Below are positions 1-9,772 of a stretch of DNA of 64,000 nt, piece by piece. This stretch comes from Thermoplasmatota archaeon. Lineage in GTDB: Archaea > Thermoplasmatota > Poseidoniia > Poseidoniales > Poseidoniaceae. A program made the position numbers and the translations under genes. Numbering within the stretch: position 1 is the first letter of the stretch; each line of letters begins with the position of its first letter. Where the stretch lies: assembly GCA_036019775.1 (NCBI GenBank), contig JAYXXD010000001.1, forward strand, positions 3,202 through 67,201. Reading direction: 5' to 3'. The notes below the pieces were generated by a model. The model searched no databases, had not been told where the DNA came from, and saw nothing but the letters and a program-made list of their open reading frames with translations.

Positions 1-11
1 TACTCTGGGAT

Positions 12-269
12 TTGCTTCTAGGATTGCATATCATTTCTTTACTGGTTCCGAAACGGTATGCAATAACCTCGACCCATCTTTTTGCTGATGGACAACGTTA
101 CGAGTGGGGGCGGCTCGTACTCCCTAAACGTCAACCAAAACATCGCATCATGTTGTTGAGGAAAGGGTGGGGCCCATTTGGACCACTCCCTCTGGGTGGT
201 GATCGTGGTGATCTTGATATTGCAGCTGAGAAAATCATCGAAATTCTTCACCCAGACCAAGAGGAATGA
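12..269 (+). CDS. 3' end of a gene that begins upstream of the window (in-frame open to position 1); unknown function
   Basis: ORF track frame is open back to the window start; no ATG, only a TTG at 12; stop TGA at 267-269; no recognisable motif. Confidence 0.3.
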   Translation: MLLGLHIISLLVPKRYAITSTHLFADGQRYEWGRLVLPKRQPKHRIMLLRKGWGPFGPLPLGGDRGDLDIAAEKIIEILHPDQEE

Positions 270-309
270 GGAGAGGTATGGCTAAGTGATTCCTTGCCGT
301 GTTTGCATC

Positions 310-750
310 ATGGAATGGGCGCGTAGCGGAGATGATGTGGTTGTCGTCCTAGAACCGGGCGAAGAGATTCATGCTTCTTTACGTCAACTTGCAGATGAAC
401 TTGGAATTGATGGAGCAATGATCACAAGTGGAATTGGTCGAACGATGAATTCAACATTTGGTTACATGGATGAAACGTTCACCTATCATCGGCGAACCCT
501 TGAACAACCTGCAGAGCTCGTCACGCTTCAGGGTAATCTGGCTCGACATCAAGATGGATCGGCATTCACTCATCTTCACGCAACGTTTGCAGACGATGAT
601 TTTGTAACTCAATCGGGGCACATGTTCGAAGCAACGGTATTTGTTGTAGCTGAAATCCACATGCGCATCATGTCGAAGGTGGTGATGACTCGCTGCCCGA
701 TGGTTGATGGAGAGTTTGTTGAATTAAAACTGAAAAATCATGAACCTTAA
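310..750 (+). CDS. PPC (DUF296) domain DNA-binding protein
   Basis: ~147 aa; composition and length typical of the PCC/DUF296 fold (VVVLEPGEEIHASL...ATFADDDFVTQSGHMFEATV); ATG at 310 preferred over GTG at 286; stop TAA immediately abuts the ligA ATG. Confidence 0.55.
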   Translation: MEWARSGDDVVVVLEPGEEIHASLRQLADELGIDGAMITSGIGRTMNSTFGYMDETFTYHRRTLEQPAELVTLQGNLARHQDGSAFTHLHATFADDDFVTQSGHMFEATVFVVAEIHMRIMSKVVMTRCPMVDGEFVELKLKNHEP

Positions 751-2895
751 ATGGGTTCAACTTGGTGGTTAAACATGGCTCATGATGGCGAAGAATATAC
801 TTCCAAACAGAGCCGCGTAGCTTGGTTGGCGGAACAAATCGCATATCATTCAGATTTGTATTACAACCAAGCAAGGACTGAGATTTCAGATGCTGAATTT
901 GATGCACTTTGGGATGAACTCAAGCAAGCCAATCCCGAGCATCCACAATTACAACGGGTTGGGGCGGAAATCGATCCAGGGACTGTTAAAGTCGATCATA
1001 TGTTTCCAATGCGTTCTCTAAACAAAGGAACAGATGACGGGGACATTGCTCATTTTGTGAGGGAATCTTCCCTTGAATCAACACGATTCATTTCTCAACC
1101 AAAACTCGACGGGTCAGCACTTTCACTTGAATACAGAAAAGGGCGCTTAGTTCGCGCAGCAACTCGCGGTAGTGGCGATAGGGGTGAAGACGTCACCAAG
1201 AATGCTCGGAAGGTCGAGAACGTACCACATACACTCGGTACAGAGGTCGATGTTCACATCCGTGGCGAGGTCGTGATGAGAAAGTCTGTGTTTGAAGAAA
1301 AGTATCGGAAGATTTCCCCAAATCCACGAAATCTCGCGGCAGGGGCACTTCGTCAGAAAAAAGCAGATGGAAAAGCAGAAGCAAGTGACTTGGTGTTTTT
1401 GGCATACGATGCCAAATTTCCGAACGAATCGCACCGACATCCAGATTCGCAAGCGCCACCCAATGACTCATTTGACAGCCGAATTCTTGAATGGTTGAGC
1501 AAAGTTGCAGGCGTTGAGCCAGCACCTTGGGTTGTTCATGATTCAGATACTGAAGCGACCTCTATTGCTTCTCTGTGTAATGAAACACAAACTTGGAGTG
1601 GAAAGCGAGAGGCGTATAGTTTTGAAATCGATGGGCTCGTCTTCAAAGTTGATGACCTGGAAAAGCGAGAGTTACTTGGTATGACAGCACATCACCCCCG
1701 CTGGGCTTTAGCTTGGAAGTTTCCTCCCGAGGAGGCAGACTCGGTCCTTCTCGATGTTGACTGGCAGACAGGCCGAACGGGTACGATTACACCTGTTGCG
1801 CGCATCGCACCTCAACGCGTAGGTGGCGTAACTGTGGAAAACACCACCTTGCATAACCTTGGAGAGGTTGAACGATTGGGTATTCAAATTGGCGATAAAG
1901 TTCGCATAGTGCGTCGTGGAGATGTAATTCCGAAGATTGAAGCGAGCCTTGGTCCAGCAACACAGCACGATCTCGATGGTCGGGTGCATGCGGATGGAGA
2001 ACCATTCCATAGTGAGTTGCCACAACGTCGGGCAATTACACCTCCGAATGTATGCCCTTCTTGCGAGGGGCCAGTTGAAATTGAAGGGGCATTCCTTCGC
2101 TGCACAGACGTTCAATGTACGGCACGACTGGGTCGAAGCCTCCTCTATTATTGCAGAGCATTAGAAATGGATGGAATCGGAGAGAAACTTGTCGAGCAAC
2201 TGATCGATGAAGGCCTCGTATCGAGTATTGCTGACTTGTATCGACTCGATATTCGCATGTTACTCTCACTTGATCGAATGGGGCAAAAGTCAGCAGAGAA
2301 AGTTCTCAATGAAATCAACAAGAGTCGTTCAATGACCTTCTCGAAGTACCTTAGTGCACTTGGTTTGCCAGGCATAGGTCCAGAACTTGCGACGGCAATC
2401 TCCAACCATTTCAAAGATCCAGATCAACTCCTAGGTTGGGCTAGAGAAAGCCTCGATGACGAATCAAGAATATCCGAATTGACAAGGATTGATGGAGTCG
2501 GTGAAATCGTTGCGCTCCAATTGCGAAATGGAGTACACCTTCGAAAGGCATTCATTACCGACCTTCTCTCTTTCTTGACAATCCAGCAAGAAGAGTTCGT
2601 AGACGCCGGAGGGCCACTCGAGGGTATGACCTTCTGTGTAACAGGTACACTTTCAGAATCGAGGAAGAGTATTCAAGCCCGAATCAAGGCTGGTGGCGGA
2701 AAGGTTGTAAGCAGCGTTTCTGGGAATTTATCCGTACTTGTGGCTGGAGAGAACGCAGGGTCTAAACTTGCGAAGGCGGAAAAACTGAATGTCCAAGTTT
2801 GGGATGAGAAAACTTTGCTACAACGATTGTCAGAAACGACTCTTTCCCCTGAAAACAAATCGTCTGCGACCCAACCAACACTGTTTGATTATTGA
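751..2895 (+). CDS. ligA: NAD-dependent DNA ligase (LigA family) with C-terminal BRCT-like region
   Basis: Adenylation motif KLDG in ISQPKLDGSALSLEYRKGRLVRAATRGSGDRGEDVT; N-terminal Ia-domain signature YHSDLYYNQARTEISDAEFD; zinc-finger cysteines CPSCEG...C..C; 714 aa. Confidence 0.9.
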   Translation: MGSTWWLNMAHDGEEYTSKQSRVAWLAEQIAYHSDLYYNQARTEISDAEFDALWDELKQANPEHPQLQRVGAEIDPGTVKVDHMFPMRSLNKGTDDGDIAHFVRESSLESTRFISQPKLDGSALSLEYRKGRLVRAATRGSGDRGEDVTKNARKVENVPHTLGTEVDVHIRGEVVMRKSVFEEKYRKISPNPRNLAAGALRQKKADGKAEASDLVFLAYDAKFPNESHRHPDSQAPPNDSFDSRILEWLSKVAGVEPAPWVVHDSDTEATSIASLCNETQTWSGKREAYSFEIDGLVFKVDDLEKRELLGMTAHHPRWALAWKFPPEEADSVLLDVDWQTGRTGTITPVARIAPQRVGGVTVENTTLHNLGEVERLGIQIGDKVRIVRRGDVIPKIEASLGPATQHDLDGRVHADGEPFHSELPQRRAITPPNVCPSCEGPVEIEGAFLRCTDVQCTARLGRSLLYYCRALEMDGIGEKLVEQLIDEGLVSSIADLYRLDIRMLLSLDRMGQKSAEKVLNEINKSRSMTFSKYLSALGLPGIGPELATAISNHFKDPDQLLGWARESLDDESRISELTRIDGVGEIVALQLRNGVHLRKAFITDLLSFLTIQQEEFVDAGGPLEGMTFCVTGTLSESRKSIQARIKAGGGKVVSSVSGNLSVLVAGENAGSKLAKAEKLNVQVWDEKTLLQRLSETTLSPENKSSATQPTLFDY

Positions 2896-2952
2896 GAAAT
2901 TTTCTGTCGCAAAGAACGAACATTCTTAACGAGTACGGTCTACTTTTTCTCT

Positions 2953-5463
2953 ATGCAACTCAAAGCCGTTCTCCTTTCTGCTGTTGTTGCAATGGTCCTA
3001 CTCACACCTGTAATCGAAGCGAATTCAAGTGGTAAGCACTTCTCCTCAGTAGGCTGCGGCTGTCATGGAGGAAGCAGCCCTTCTGTTGCTATTTCTGAGA
3101 ATTTCCCATCGAGTTACACTGCTGGCCAAACATATTCAATTCAAGTTTCAGTATCTGGAGGTGTATCAGGTACACATGGGGGTTTCAATGTTGAAGTTGA
3201 CAAAGGATCACTTTCGACAGGAGGGAACTCGGGCGTCAAAGTAAGTGGCAAATCGATAACGCACTCGAACAAGGCGAATCGAGCATGGACTTTCGATTGG
3301 ACTGCTCCACCTTCTGGAAGCGGAACAGTATCGGTTGGAATAGCTGGATTGACAGCGAATGGCGCAAACGGAGATAATGGTGATGCTTGGTCCACCAAAT
3401 CCGTAACCATCACAGAAACGATTGTCGTATCCAACACTCCACCAACTGCATCTGATGTTCAAATTTCACCATCCAGTGCAACATCAAGCGATGACATTAC
3501 GCTCACCTACACATTTTCCGACCAAGACAGTGGTGATACTGAATCAGGGACGACAATCCATTGGTCATTCAATGGGACACATCAACCACAGTTTGACGGT
3601 ATGATGACAATTTCGAGTACATTTACCTCCAAAGGAGACAACTGGCAAGCATCGGTCACACCGAGTGATGGAGAAGACTTCGGCGCAACCGAGACTTCAA
3701 ACACAATCACGGTGTTGAACTCCCTTCCTACGATTTCTTCGGCCGCCATATCTCCATTGAATCCAACGTCGAACGATGACCTAATTGCGTCAAAAAGCGG
3801 TGATGTGGACAATGATGAAGATGCGCTTACTTTCGAGTATCGCTGGTATCTAAACGGCATTTTGCAAGACGGCTTGGATGATATTTCAGTCGTACCCTCG
3901 TTAGCGACACGGGCTGGCGATAGTTGGGAAGTCGAAGTCCGTGCTCATGATGGGGATGGCCACTCCTCATGGGTTCGTTCAAATCCCGTTTCCATTGTGG
4001 GAGATGAGTCAAACAATGCTCCAACGGTAGATAGTATCACGGTCTCACCTGCCAATCCGAAAACTCTTGACACACTTGTGGCCTTCTCCACCTCTTCCGA
4101 TGCAGATATGGATTCTATTGTTAACACACAATACCGATGGTTGAAAAACGATGTCTTGACCTTAATTACAACATCAACACTTGATTCAACGATGACGGCG
4201 AAAGGCGATCTTTGGGTAGTCGAAGTGCGAGTAAATGACGGCACGGAATGGTCAAATTGGACATCATCGCCAAATATCGAAATACTGAACTCTGCTCCTG
4301 TATTGGAATCAGCAAATATCAGCATTTCAGAAGCAACTACCAATCAAAATGTGACCGTGATGGCAACGATGAGCGACGTTGATGGAGACCAACAAACGAT
4401 GAGCGTAACATGGTACCTTGAGGGTGAAATACAACTGGAGTACAACAATCAAGCAACGCTTCCATCTTCTGCCACAAACAAAGGCGATTCGTGGACTGCT
4501 GTCGTACAAGCAAATGATGGTGAAGCAATGAGTTCTCAAAGCGAAACGCTTTCTGTGATCATACTTAACTCAGAACCACTTCTTTCTGTATCTCTTGATA
4601 ATGCAACTTCTCAAGACGACCTTTCCGTTCAGACAACTATCGCTGACATTGACGGTGATACCACTGAAGTTTCATCGATTACGTGGTTCAGAAATGGATT
4701 TAGAGAAAGCTCACTTGATGATGCAACAAACGTTCCGTCTTCGTATCTCGGTCCAGGTCAAATATGGAGTGTCGAAGTTGTTGTCACAGATGGGACGTCG
4801 ACAGTTAATTCAACAGCTACTATCGTTGTAGAAAATACACCTCCTCTTGCGAGGATTTCTGTACAGACAGATGCGCTTTATGCTGGTGAGCGAGTAATTC
4901 TATCAGGAATAACCTCAACCGATTCAGACAATTCCATTATCCGTTATCAATGGATTTGGATGAATGGAGCGTCCTCTGGAGATGAGACGTCGTTCCTGAT
5001 GCCAGCAAGCGGAACCGTTGAGGTATTTCTCACAGTTACCGATGAATCTGGAGCAACGAATTCAACCTCTATCACGATTGAACCCATCTCAGCTTTGTCT
5101 TGTCCAAATCTTACTCGAACGGTATCTGGTACCAACGTTCAACTCGATTGGACCTGGACATCCTCTGCTCCAGCATCGTTTGAAATTTCTCGAAATGGTG
5201 TGATCATCGGTATGACAAATGAGACAACCTTTAGTGACTCTCCAAATTTAGGTGGTAGTTCAAACTATGAGATCCAAACAATGCTCGGCGATCGGATTCT
5301 CGAATCTCCGTGTCAGTCCCCTTCAGTAAACGTCGATATTGATTCATTGACAATTGAGGTTGAGCAGGGGCCATCTTCCTTTGCAGGTCTAGGTTTGGGT
5401 TCAGTCTACATCATTATCGGAATCCTGTTATTTGGTGCGGCTCTATTTGGTAGAGGGGATTGA
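2953..5463 (+). CDS. Secreted surface protein with five tandem ~97-aa Ig/cadherin-like repeats and a C-terminal TM anchor
   Basis: Signal peptide MQLKAVLLSAVVAMVLLTPVIEA; CGCHGG motif near N-terminus; repeated D-rich modules (..DxDGD..W..NG..GDxWxVEV..DG..); C-terminal hydrophobic IIIGILLFGAALFG. Confidence 0.75.
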   Translation: MQLKAVLLSAVVAMVLLTPVIEANSSGKHFSSVGCGCHGGSSPSVAISENFPSSYTAGQTYSIQVSVSGGVSGTHGGFNVEVDKGSLSTGGNSGVKVSGKSITHSNKANRAWTFDWTAPPSGSGTVSVGIAGLTANGANGDNGDAWSTKSVTITETIVVSNTPPTASDVQISPSSATSSDDITLTYTFSDQDSGDTESGTTIHWSFNGTHQPQFDGMMTISSTFTSKGDNWQASVTPSDGEDFGATETSNTITVLNSLPTISSAAISPLNPTSNDDLIASKSGDVDNDEDALTFEYRWYLNGILQDGLDDISVVPSLATRAGDSWEVEVRAHDGDGHSSWVRSNPVSIVGDESNNAPTVDSITVSPANPKTLDTLVAFSTSSDADMDSIVNTQYRWLKNDVLTLITTSTLDSTMTAKGDLWVVEVRVNDGTEWSNWTSSPNIEILNSAPVLESANISISEATTNQNVTVMATMSDVDGDQQTMSVTWYLEGEIQLEYNNQATLPSSATNKGDSWTAVVQANDGEAMSSQSETLSVIILNSEPLLSVSLDNATSQDDLSVQTTIADIDGDTTEVSSITWFRNGFRESSLDDATNVPSSYLGPGQIWSVEVVVTDGTSTVNSTATIVVENTPPLARISVQTDALYAGERVILSGITSTDSDNSIIRYQWIWMNGASSGDETSFLMPASGTVEVFLTVTDESGATNSTSITIEPISALSCPNLTRTVSGTNVQLDWTWTSSAPASFEISRNGVIIGMTNETTFSDSPNLGGSSNYEIQTMLGDRILESPCQSPSVNVDIDSLTIEVEQGPSSFAGLGLGSVYIIIGILLFGAALFGRGD
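3420..4860 (+). repeat. Five tandem, diverged ~290-nt coding repeats (each ~97 aa) inside the surface-protein gene
   Basis: Protein-level periodicity: TPPTASD..., ISSAAISPLNPTSNDD..., ITVSPANPKTLD..., ANISISEATTNQN..., ATSQDDLSVQT..., each ending in a ..GDxWxVxV..DG..S module. Confidence 0.5.
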
Positions 5464-5465
5464 TT

Positions 5466-6422
5466 ATGAAACAGAAATTAATTCTCATACTTGCATTGTT
5501 ACTTATTATTCCGCTTCACGCTAGCGGGAATCCCGGTGGAGTCGGCAACGGGTTGGAAAACATGCAGTGCGGGGGAGCTTGTCACGGCGATGCCAATCAG
5601 AACGCTACGTCGAATTTACAACTCAATTTACAACCTTCTGGAACTGTTTGGGTTGGTCAACCTACTGAAATTACTGTCCAGATTTCAGGATTTGACACAT
5701 CACATGATGTTGATCAAATCGGAATTTTCCTTCTTTCCTCGACCAATGCTAACGGCGATATCCCAACAACCGATGGCTGGAGCATACTTTCCGATGGAAT
5801 GGGTGGCTCAAACAATTACATCGAGTTTGCACCCCCCGAATCGAACGTTCTTTCCCATTCCTGGATCCTTCGTGCCGATGAGATAGGAAAGAAATTGCTC
5901 TACGTATCGGTGCACCATGGGGACAATTCAGGAAACGATGCTGGAAGCCCCTTTTTTGGCGTTTCTGAAGCATTCGAAATTTCAGTTGAACCCATCCCTG
6001 AAAATCTACAAAGAATCAGTCCAGAATACGACCCACCGACATCAAGAGAGGTAGGTGAATCAACGACGTTGTGTCTCAAAACAATTGCAGCAAATAACGT
6101 TGTTATTGAATGGCGGGAGCCATCCGGAGAGTCGTATCAACTTGAGACCACACAAAACAACGGTTGCTGGGCCGCTGACCTACCGTCTGCATTAACCGCT
6201 TCCACAATCGAATGGAGAGCCATCCTAGATGGTGAAGGGCCACAACAAACTACACCCTGGTTCTCTCTTTCAAGTGTTGATCCAACGTGGGAAGCAGATG
6301 AAACAGCGCTGTTACTCCAATCGATTGCTCACGTGGTTCTCTTCTTTGGCTTGGTCATCCTCGTCCGAAAACCGAAACATCGAGAGGATGGGTTCAAAGA
6401 TTACATGGAGGAGAACATATGA
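5466..6422 (+). CDS. Secreted protein with N-terminal CGGACH (CX3CH) motif and C-terminal TM anchor
   Basis: ATG at 5466 follows the TTG at 5460; signal peptide MKQKLILILALLLIIPLHASG; motif MQCGGACHGD; C-terminal hydrophobic LLLQSIAHVVLFFGLVILV then basic RKPKHR. Confidence 0.65.
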   Translation: MKQKLILILALLLIIPLHASGNPGGVGNGLENMQCGGACHGDANQNATSNLQLNLQPSGTVWVGQPTEITVQISGFDTSHDVDQIGIFLLSSTNANGDIPTTDGWSILSDGMGGSNNYIEFAPPESNVLSHSWILRADEIGKKLLYVSVHHGDNSGNDAGSPFFGVSEAFEISVEPIPENLQRISPEYDPPTSREVGESTTLCLKTIAANNVVIEWREPSGESYQLETTQNNGCWAADLPSALTASTIEWRAILDGEGPQQTTPWFSLSSVDPTWEADETALLLQSIAHVVLFFGLVILVRKPKHREDGFKDYMEENI

Positions 6423-6970
6423 TTGAATCTGCCACGTTTCATGTGATAACGACAGAACTCGTTGTCGGGTCGTTTGCACTTGCAGGTTTATGTTTTGTCT
6501 TGCATTCGATTTTGTCGATTCAAAATAAAAACAGTCAATACCTTGCGATGATGGATTCAACGGCACATATGGCCTTATTGTTTGGCCTACTCGCATTACC
6601 GTTCGCAATATCTTCAGGCCTAGGATCGTCGCCAAGTGGAGCCCACACCTCTCCTCTTCTTGCCAACAAAATGTTACTTTCAACAGCAGGAGGAGGACTT
6701 GCTTTAGGCGTTTTATTCACGCGTTGGAAAATGGGTGGTGACATAAATTCGCACCACATTCACAATGCGTTTGGTTCCATTTCAACAGGTTGCATGCTCC
6801 TTACTGCATCGCTTGGAGGGACCTATACAAGGGCTGATTCACTCACAGAATTTTTGCCCTTCGTCAAAGAAACTACACTCCTACTTCCAGCATGGATGAG
6901 CATCCTCGTAATTCTGGTCATACTTGCTGCGTTAATTGTGCGACAGACATCAACCGTAAAGCATGGATGA
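6419..6970 (+). CDS. Integral membrane protein (4-5 predicted TM), unknown function
   Basis: ATGA overlap with the preceding stop; hydrophobic segments throughout the 183 aa. Confidence 0.5.
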   Translation: MIESATFHVITTELVVGSFALAGLCFVLHSILSIQNKNSQYLAMMDSTAHMALLFGLLALPFAISSGLGSSPSGAHTSPLLANKMLLSTAGGGLALGVLFTRWKMGGDINSHHIHNAFGSISTGCMLLTASLGGTYTRADSLTEFLPFVKETTLLLPAWMSILVILVILAALIVRQTSTVKHG

Positions 6971-7771
6971 CGGTGAAGGCGCCTCAGTAGGAGCTGCTTG
7001 GCTGAGCAGTGATTTTAGTTGTTCCTCAAGCAATTGCGCCTCTTCAAGTAGAGGTTGATCATCAAGATGTGTTGTTGGTAAAATAGCATTGAGTTTCTTG
7101 ACCAATGCAGCCGCAGCTCTCGCATCAGGGAATCGAGGGTCAGCCTCGACCATAACGCTCATGACATCGATGGCTCTTCTGCGAGCCTCACTGAGCAGAA
7201 CACCGTTGATACCGCGAATGACACCGCTGGTCAAGAGAGGCATCTCCATCTCTTTCAGCATATCACATACGTGGTCTGTTGCTCCAATGCCGAGCAAATC
7301 AATTCCATCTGTATCCTCATAATCAACAGTTGGCTCTTCGATACCTGAATTTCCACCAAGACCTTCCTTGGAAAAGGCATCGACCAAAATACCCATGCGA
7401 ATTTTCGAACCCTTTGACCAATCATACAAAGCCCATACAATATCGTGAACCAATGGGCTTGGAATAACAAGTTCGCTCATAAGCAAGATGATTTTATCAC
7501 ATCCTTCAATACTGCATTCAGGCTTCCCTGCATACGCTCGAATGATTGGCATTGGTTTCCCATCAGTGACCAGTGTCAATGGTGGTAGACGAGAGTCAAC
7601 AACTCCTCCAACAAATTCAAGATCCAGATTATCGATTAAATAATGCCCGACAACGCTTGATACCATTCCAACACTTGGAAAACAAGTAATGACAAGCGCA
7701 CCTTCGGTAATCACGTCTGCTCTAATTTTGACAAGGGTCCCTTCCATGACCACAACTTTGCAAGGAAGCAT
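6950..7771 (-). CDS. PAC2-family protein (proteasome assembly chaperone-like, COG1938)
   Basis: 273 aa; N-terminal GALVITCFPSVGMVSSVVGHYLID pattern typical of archaeal PAC2 proteins; paralogue at 23936-24685. Confidence 0.7.
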   Translation of the reverse strand: MLPCKVVVMEGTLVKIRADVITEGALVITCFPSVGMVSSVVGHYLIDNLDLEFVGGVVDSRLPPLTLVTDGKPMPIIRAYAGKPECSIEGCDKIILLMSELVIPSPLVHDIVWALYDWSKGSKIRMGILVDAFSKEGLGGNSGIEEPTVDYEDTDGIDLLGIGATDHVCDMLKEMEMPLLTSGVIRGINGVLLSEARRRAIDVMSVMVEADPRFPDARAAAALVKKLNAILPTTHLDDQPLLEEAQLLEEQLKSLLSQAAPTEAPSPSSMLYG

Positions 7772-7827
7772 TCAACACTTTCGGCTTCAAGCGTAGGTTT
7801 CATGTCCATCAAGGACCGGCATTGACC

Positions 7828-8982
7828 ATGGTCGAACAACGCATGCACAGCCTCTCGCCTTCTGCGTGGAATCGATACGAGACATGTCCCCGGATGTATT
7901 GGCTGAGCCGACAAGGCCTGCCCAAAAAGACTGGAATGGCTGCATCATTAGGAACTGCAGTTCATGCATCAATCGAAGATTTGCTGCAAATCGATCTCTC
8001 AGGACGTGAACCTGCAGAATCAAATTGGATTCGCTTCGAAGCAGATAAGTTGCTCAGGAATCGATGGGAAGAGGAAAAGCAAATTTTTCATGACACGCCA
8101 CGTCATCCAAACTGGAAAGAAGAGAAATACAAGGAAGCCCAAAAACAACAGAAGGGAGCAATCAATATGCTTCTCGATCATGTCGGAGTCCAGGGTTTGT
8201 CACATGAGCGAATTACTATCGCTTTATGGAAGAAAATACAATCGCTTGTGATCGCAGTCGAGGGCGAATTGGTGACAAAGGATGGCCGCTTGATGGGACG
8301 ATTGGATCTTCTACTCGCACATGTTGATGAATCTGGAAGCCTTACTGGCTGGCTTGTTGCTGATTTGAAGACCGGAAAACCACCACAAGGCAAACTCAAG
8401 CCTGAAGTCAATCGACAATTGAGGATGTATCGAGACATCCTTTTGTCAAATAATGAGAAAGCACCTCCAGTACAAGCACAGGGTTGGTATACAGATACAT
8501 CTTCAAAATGGGATGCAATTGGGGAAAACGTACTCGAGGCTGCATATGAGGCATGGAATGCCACGAAGCCAAGCGATACCCCTCTAAAGCCAACGCCAGG
8601 ACAGTCCTCTTGTGGAGGGTTTTGCGATTGGAAAGCTTGGTGCCCACATTGGTGGAATTGGCGGCATGAAAACAAAACGCTCCATAAGGGCGACTTTTCA
8701 GACGGGGTCGTGATTTTGCAACAGTATGACCAACAACGTTCAACAGCAATTGTTGAAGAATGCATACCGGAAAATGAGTTTGGCGGCGTTAAACCAACGG
8801 GGCAAATACGCAACGTCACCTTCGATGGACGAGGCAAAGAAGCCATCGAGAGTTTACTGGATGAGGGACATCAAGGGCCAATTTTCCTCGGGAGCGCAAT
8901 GATGAATCGTGAAGTTTGGCGTGTAGGACCGTGGTGCGATGTCTTACCATGGGCCCCTATTCTAGACTCAGGTAAGTCTTGA
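7828..8982 (+). CDS. Cas4/RecB-like PD-(D/E)XK nuclease with Fe-S cysteine cluster and an extra ~120-aa C-terminal domain
   Basis: Motifs CPRMYWL (first Cys), HASIEDLL, GRLDLLLAHVDE, ADLKTGK (D-x-K), QLRMY (QxxxY), CGGFCDWKAWCP; ATG at 7828 follows the TTG at 7822. Confidence 0.75.
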   Translation: MVEQRMHSLSPSAWNRYETCPRMYWLSRQGLPKKTGMAASLGTAVHASIEDLLQIDLSGREPAESNWIRFEADKLLRNRWEEEKQIFHDTPRHPNWKEEKYKEAQKQQKGAINMLLDHVGVQGLSHERITIALWKKIQSLVIAVEGELVTKDGRLMGRLDLLLAHVDESGSLTGWLVADLKTGKPPQGKLKPEVNRQLRMYRDILLSNNEKAPPVQAQGWYTDTSSKWDAIGENVLEAAYEAWNATKPSDTPLKPTPGQSSCGGFCDWKAWCPHWWNWRHENKTLHKGDFSDGVVILQQYDQQRSTAIVEECIPENEFGGVKPTGQIRNVTFDGRGKEAIESLLDEGHQGPIFLGSAMMNREVWRVGPWCDVLPWAPILDSGKS

Positions 8983-9772
8983 TTTCTTCAACGGCATGGT
9001 CGTCCTCAATACCATTTGGAGAGAGCAACCATTGAAGATAACGAGGATCGATTCCGGTTAATTCTTCCAGATGCCGTCCACGGTGGCGGCCAACTGCAAG
9101 AACCATGTGATCCCCGTCCCGGCGTACCATCCCATTCGGATCAACAACTTCCAAGTCATCGAGTTGTGGGCCGAGATCAGATTGAGCCTTAGCAGTTGAA
9201 CCAGTTGCACACCACTGTTCAACCTCTTCCAATGATTTACGAAAGTAACTTGGATGATCCAACCCCAATTTCCATAGAAGCAACAAGGATGCAGCAGCAT
9301 CTGCGGATGCCGTGTGGGCATTTTCTAAGGAAATGCCATGGCGATTGCACTGTGCTCCAAGGCGATGAGGTCGAGGTAATTTGAGTCTACGAACCATTTC
9401 GAGTGTATCGAGAACTGCCTTCGGTTCTGGAGGCAGAGCTCCGATTCGTAAGTATTCATTTCGTAACATCGCAAGGTCGAATTGGCGAACATTGTGGCCA
9501 ATGAGGACACAACCCTCGATTAACTCAGCAACACGATCTGCAATTTCTGCAAAATCAGGTTCTCCACGAACATCAGCATCCGATATCCCATGAATTCGCT
9601 GTGAGTCGTAAGGAATAGGTCGACGTGGATTGACCAATTGGTCATAGGAAATTTCTGAACCATCTGCATCAGAACCAATGAGGGCCAATTGAACTATTCG
9701 ATCTTTGGAGGTACTGATGCCTGTAGTTTCTAAATCGAAAGCGAGAACCCGTTCGCCTTCAAGCAGCTCCAT
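8957..9772 (-). CDS. DEDDh 3'-5' exonuclease (DnaQ/epsilon-like) fused to a DUF3820-like C-terminal domain
   Basis: Exo I LAFDLETTG, Exo II VLIGHNVRQFD, Exo III HTASADAAA; C-terminal GRHRGRHLEELTGIDPRYLQWLL resembles DUF3820; ATG at 9772 preferred over TTG at 9784. Confidence 0.75.
   Translation of the reverse strand: MELLEGERVLAFDLETTGISTSKDRIVQLALIGSDADGSEISYDQLVNPRRPIPYDSQRIHGISDADVRGEPDFAEIADRVAELIEGCVLIGHNVRQFDLAMLRNEYLRIGALPPEPKAVLDTLEMVRRLKLPRPHRLGAQCNRHGISLENAHTASADAAASLLLLWKLGLDHPSYFRKSLEEVEQWCATGSTAKAQSDLGPQLDDLEVVDPNGMVRRDGDHMVLAVGRHRGRHLEELTGIDPRYLQWLLSPNGIEDDHAVEEIKTYLSLE

Noticed and set aside
1147-2414. Several 70-135-aa ORFs on the minus strand inside ligA
   Set aside because: Fully embedded antisense in a gene with strong motif support; no motifs of their own; typical spurious ORFs.
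5491-5886. 131-aa alternative-frame ORF within the 5466-6422 secreted-protein gene
   Set aside because: The out-of-frame product is low complexity; the annotated frame has a signal peptide and anchor.
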